Below, piece by piece: positions 58,174 to 64,000 of a DNA stretch of 64,000 bases. The position numbers were made by a program, and so were the translations under genes. The stretch lies in assembly GCA_964016885.1 (NCBI GenBank), contig OZ024746.1, forward strand, positions 806,001 to 870,000. The letters run 5' to 3'. The notes under the pieces were generated by a model. That model saw only the letters and a list, made by a program, of their open reading frames with translations. It was not told where the DNA came from and did not search any database. How positions within the stretch are numbered: the first letter of the stretch is position 1; every line of letters begins with the position of its first letter. Origin of the DNA: Eledone cirrhosa (Eukaryota).

Positions 58174-61100
58174 TAACTAATCCCATTATTTGTGAAATTA
58201 AAATTAAACATTCTGTTTTTAAGTTACATTATAAGATTTATAGTTAGCTTCAGTATAAAAACTTCAGCAAGAAATACATGGTGGTGAGAAACTTTCAGGA
58301 GAGCTGGACAGCTGAAGGTCTTCAGAGAACACCCTCCTCTCAAGCAAGTATTTTGGCCCTTAACTTAAGGTGTTTATATCTTATAGTATAAACTTCAGTA
58401 GAGAAACTTAACCCAGAAATACATGTAACAATTTCCTCTCTGTTTGAAAGTATACTTTTTCATCCACTTATACCTGAGAAGGTTGTTGTGGGGAGGGTTC
58501 TGAAACACTCCTTCCAGCAGGTCAGAACAGATCCAGCTGTGAAAACCATTTAGTTCAATTTCATATTGTTTGACTTATAAATTGAAAGACAATGCATTTT
58601 AAGGATTTCAGGGTTTTTTTTTGGTTTTTTTTTTAATTTAAAAAAAAGGGTAAAAGAAAATTTCCTAAAGTTCTCCAGAAGTTTGTGATTTTTATTTAAA
58701 AAAAACTTTTGATAATGTTACCTCCTACATGTTAATTTTTATTATATCTGGAATCATTTGTTTACTTCCATTATTTATAACTGAAATATTTCATCTTTCA
58801 GTCTGTCATTCTTGATATGTAACATGACCGGTGTAAGAAAAACAATCAAAATTATAAATTATACATGTTCTAGGATAGACAGACAGATTTAGTGGCTCTA
58901 TCATATAGATGATAGATTATACATGTTCTAGGATAGGCAGACTACACTTACATGAAGCATAAAATACTAATTATTTTTTTTTGCTTCATTCTTTGATTAG
59001 ATTTAGATTAATTCCTGATAATCTCTGTATAGGAAGTTGTATGACTTATGATCATAAAGTTGATTCCTGGTGGTGTGTTGTGTCCTTGAGCAAGACACTT
59101 CATTTTAAGATGCTGCAGTTCACTCAGCTACAAATTATGGGTATTATCATCATTGGCACCTGGAGATATTAAACCCCACATTACATTTTAACATTCAACC
59201 CCATAAATTAAACTTTAGATCAGTCATGGGTAAAGTGCAGCCCGTAGGGTTTTCTGAATGGCATGCTTAAACCTAATTGTAGTGCAGCTGAGTCTAATTG
59301 TAGTGCAGCTGAGCACTGTACGCAATAATTTCATTATTATTTTTTGTTTTTATTTCAAAATTGCCTTGAATTTTTTTAGTAATGTGGGCCTGCCTTATGA
59401 AGAGCCACATCCTATGTGGCTTGTCTTATGATGAGCCACCAAGCATTGATAAAGATGTGTTAATGACACTGAAATACATGGAGGCACATGGCTTAGTGGT
59501 TAGAGCATTGGCCTTGCAATCAAAATGTTGTGAGTTCAATTCTTAGATCGGGTGATGTGTTGTTTCCTTGAGCAAGACACTTTATTTCACATTGCTCCAG
59601 TTTACTCAGCTGTAGAAATGAGATGATAGGGACCTCAGTCCCTACCATTCCACTGTAAAGTGGTCGTGGAGGTGCCACGGCAAAAAAGCACCCAGCACTC
59701 ACTGTAAATGAGGTTGGTGTTAGGAAAGGCATCCAGCTGTAGAAATCAAGCCAGAATCAGTTCCCGTCCCACCCTTGCAAGCAGGGAAAAAGTGGACGTA
59801 AAATGAAATGATGATGATGACAGCGTTCTCATAAAATTACAGCTAAACTATGTGTGTTTATTATATATGTATGAACGCATAACACCTGATGGAACCATAG
59901 GGGTGTCATATTGGGCACTTTAAATGTAGTGGAACCCATCTCTCTCCAGGTCTGAAAAATAGCTGATTTCTTACAGAAAGGGATAGAGAGCAGAAGTGAT
60001 ATAGACAAAGAATGGAGCCCAGTATGGCACTGGTATTTTTTATTGACCTTGAAATGATGAAAGGCAGAGGTTGACTTCTGCAGGGTTCCAACTCTGAGCT
60101 CAACAAATACTGTAAAGAATTCTATCCAATGTTCTAATGACTGTTAATTAATTGGTTACGTTTAAATGATGATGATGATGATTAACAGGAGCATTACTAG
60201 TACAGTGTGATTCAAAATAGAGACATATATGAAAACATATACAATCTGTTTATATTTCCATATATGTATGTCTCTATCATCATTTAACGTCTGTTCTCCC
60301 TGCTGATAAGGGTTAGACAATAAACAAACTTCAATATTGGGGTCAATTCTCTCTTTCTTCTGGAAGAGATCAAATGTGTTTTCCAGCTTGGAGAGGGATG
60401 GGGTCCCACCACTTGTGTCAGATTGGCGTTCCTTTGGCTCCATCAGGAATTAAGGGTCCTTTAATTGTATAGTACTATGTTCTTTGCTTCTTTAGAAGGT
60501 CTACGCTGCTTCTTTCAAATATATTTCCATAAAAATTACTATTTTATATAGATGTCTGTCTGTCTGTCACATATCAAATGAAATCTTCTGTTTAGACTAT
60601 TTTTTTTTATATGGAAGATTTGTTGTTGTCACCAAACAACGTAAATTTGAATTTCAGTTCTGTATATTGTGTACACACATTTATATATAAACAAAAACAT
60701 AACACACACACACACACACATTGGTAAATTAAACAGATAATAAGATTGGTATTTATAGTTCTTTACACAATGAAGAAATGGTAAAAATAAACGTTGGTGT
60801 AGAAATATCACTGAATGTGTTCATTTGTACAGAATTGGAGGAGACTTGCAGACTGTGGCAGTAAAACGCTGCACAAAATATACCTTTTTGTATTTACATC
60901 CCTTTATATTCTGGGTTCAAATATTAAAACTGGGTGTTCAGTTTGAGAGAATGGTTTGATGTCTGGTAGCAGACAAATGGGTCCACAGGGACTTTCACTT
61001 CTGGCTTGGGGTGGAGGGGTATTTTTCAGTCACATGCCACTAATTAATACTTCTGCTGGTAGACTAAACTTAATATGGAGGGCCTGGACCCTTGATAAGG

Positions 61101-62943
61101 AGGTCGACACAGCACCAAGCATATTTAAGGCCCACTGAAATGTCATGATACACAACACTGTCATATATCTAGTGTGACACCCCCAATGACTAGTTGCACC
61201 AGTGGTACCCCAGCGACTGGCTGTACAAGTGGCACATCTAGAGAGGTACCCTAATGACTGGCTGCACCAGTGGCACCCCAAAGACTGGCTGTACCAGTTG
61301 TAGGATCTTGGTTGATTGCTTAAATCCTGTTAAACTTTACTTTGCTTTCAACTCTTCAGAGTCATTAAAACTGAACACCCACACACTTCTGTAAAGATGT
61401 AGCCACTTAGTTGTGTAAGTGTGGATTACCTTCCTTAATACACACACACACACACATAAAGTCGGAAGAGGCACTTACATTCTGGAGATATAGTCAATAT
61501 TGGACCTTGAAATCTTAGGTAGTGCTTTTGTTCCATGTATGAACATAAAAATAAATTATATATATAAATATACTTAAAGGAAATGGTCATTATTTAATAT
61601 ATATTATTCAAAAGATAAAAGAAACACAAAACCTTATATTAGAGAGGGAATTAAAATTCTATATTTTAAACCAGGGGCATCAAAATGGCTATTACATCCT
61701 TGGGGTTGGAGCTGGGGTCACAGTAGCCACCAAAATAAGATGGGGAAGGGGCTGGTTTCTACCAGTTATAATGCTAATCTAACCACATGCCCGTAATATT
61801 GGAGCTGTGATCTCAGAGAAGTAGCAGCTCTACCTGGAGTGACTCTCTCATCTCTAAGCTTCTCACTCTATCAAGAATTAACTAAAGACTGCTGTTAGGC
61901 TGAATATAAAAACATCATTTCATCTTCTCTGCCTACTTATTATAAATTATTCTACTGTCACATTTAAAAGGGATGTCTCCATTTCTGTACAAATGTTTAG
62001 TCAGTATCTCTTTGTACAGCTGACCACAGCCAGTGAGCTGAGCAGCATCTGTGATACTTATTAATATAATTATAAATGATCTATGGGCTTTTTTTTTTAT
62101 ATATGCCCTAAGGTCATTATATAATTTTATATTATTTTTCATTTTTTTTTCTCTGTGTTAAGTTAGAGTCTCAACATTTTTTGTGGGGAGAGTCAAACTT
62201 GGACACAGCCATATTGATACCACTCACATTCATACTTCATATTTTCATATATTTATTGGTCCTTGTATGCTATTATTTTTATAAGTTATTTTTATTTTGT
62301 ACCATCTTCCCATCTTTAATAAAGAGGGATTAGATGTCCCTTATGTATTAATGGCTATGCCTGTGTCAACCAGTGTTTTGTTGAACAGGAAATATCAACA
62401 TTTTTATTATATTTTATACAGTTTTGTTTTCTCTGGTTTAAACAATATATTAAAATTTGTTTAGAAAATAATTTTGATGATAATACAACATTGATTCATT
62501 TTTGATTATTTATTATTTGAAATCTTGTAATTAATTTAGTTGACTCAAATTTGGGATTTCATTTTTTAAAAATTTATTCTTTTTCTTGAGGCTTGTGGAG
62601 GCAGTCCTCAGTCACTCCTTGTAGTGGGTCCTGTCAGAAGCAACTGTTTCCAACTAATTCAGCTGGATTCCCAACACCAGCCAAGCTCATGGATGTTATC
62701 CAACCATCTTGCTCGGAGTCTACCCCTGGGTCTCTTGCTGGTTGGGTTTACCTGTAAAATCTGTCCCGTGATTCTGTCCTCAGACATTCTAACCACATGT
62801 CCATAGTATCGTAGTTGCAACTCTCAATTCAGAGAAGTAGCAGCTCTACCTGGAGTAACTCTCTCATCTCCCAGCTACACTATTCAGTAATTGAATGAGT
62901 TTTTAACATTTTAGACAAGAAAAATCTCTCAATAACTAAATAT

Positions 62944-63077
62944 ATAGAACCCCTCTATACTATTGGAATTACCATAGAAACCCTCTATACTATTGGAATT
63001 ACCATAGAACCCCCACTATACTATTGGAATTACCATAGAACCCCCACTATACTATTGGAATTACCATAGAACCCCAC
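62944..63077. repeat. 30/31-bp tandem repeat, about 4 copies
   Basis: Unit tagaacccctctatactattggaattacca. Confidence 0.9.
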
Positions 63078-63107
63078 TTTATTTCAATCCACAAATGAGC
63101 TTTAATA

Positions 63108-64000
63108 TCTATATATATATAAAACTGAGGATGTCTGTCTGTGTGTGTGTGTGTGTGTGTGTGAGTTTGAATCCCTAAAACTCGAGAACCACCCAACCAA
63201 CTGTTTTCAAACTTTACACATGTAATACTTATGTTTCAGGGAGTGTTCTGAGCAAAAAAAATTTCAAATTTTCTATGCCCTAGGGACCACATTAGGCGAT
63301 TTAGCGATCTCGCTCTATAATTCTTAGTCTTTCTCTTTTTAGATAGATACATACATATAACGTTGCGCCCTTATAATATCTGTCTGTATGTCTGGCTGTC
63401 TGCATTATGTCACTTCCCACAATTCCGTCTGCGTCCAGAACGCGCCCTTATAATATGTCTGTATGTCTGGCTGTCTGCTGCCTCCGGTTATTCTACCACC
63501 CGTGCTCAAGACAAATCTCACACTCATTCCCCAAACAGTTGGTAAGTGCACACAACTTCTTCCTCACGTTTTAAGCCAGTGTTGCTTAGTTGCACACCAC
63601 CAGACCCTTACTTCTTTGCCAGCCGTGGTTGTGGCAATACTAAGCTTAGCTAAGGCAGTTATATATTTCACACAACACTAAACATTAAAGCCGGTAAAGA
63701 AAAACGCTGCAATAGCTTCAGTTTGTTTACTTACGTGCCTTGACGAGAACAAAAGTTACTATTTTACTGCTTAGTATTGTAGAGAAGCACCAAACCGACT
63801 GTTTTCAAACTTTCCACATGTAATACTTATGTTTCAGGGAGTGTTCTGAGCAAAAAAAATTTCAAATTTTCAATGCCCTAGGGACCGCATTAGGCGATTT
63901 AGCAATCTCTCTCTATAATTCTTAGTCTTTCTCTTTTTAGATAGATAATAGATACATATAACATCGCGCCCTTATAATATGTCTGAATGTCTGGATGTCT
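63108..64000 (+). mobile_element. Helitron-like element running off the window, with about 200-bp internal direct repeat
   Basis: A|TCTATATATATATAAAACTGAGGATG 5' end as at 47156; 63199-63395 is repeated at about 63798-64000. Confidence 0.7.

Noticed and set aside
59479-59555. tRNA gene
   Set aside because: A and B boxes are present but there is no cloverleaf, and it continues into a SINE core.

Overview
AT-rich, repeat-dense eukaryotic DNA. The SINE and MITE repertoire and the (TA)n abundance suggest an octopod cephalopod; this is an inference, not shown directly. About 6.6-42.2 kb is a hub of (TA)n/(TATC)n/(TATG)n microsatellite packed with retroelements. It holds a 5'-truncated Naiad-type Penelope-like element (RT + GIY-YIG) with a 1.64-kb inverted duplication, a near-full-length Tx1/L1-clade element plus four partial copies, and CR1/L2-like and RTE-like LINEs. 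Not visible in the ORF track are 11 minimal type-I hammerhead ribozyme motifs with intact CUGANGA/GAAA cores from about 7 unrelated families, plus 2 partial or degenerate ones. Most sit in short non-coding elements that carry a 5' fold-back inverted duplication. One ~0.49-kb hammerhead family occurs as circularly permuted copies, i.e. a candidate retrozyme (circular-RNA) family. About 44-64 kb holds a three-exon, 482-codon PXYLP1/ACPL2-like histidine-phosphatase gene whose catalytic residues are all replaced (candidate pseudophosphatase). Around it are TE-derived minisatellites, Helitron-like elements, MITEs and SINEs. A 200-N assembly gap lies at 38820-39019. Family assignments come from recalled motifs, not database searches.
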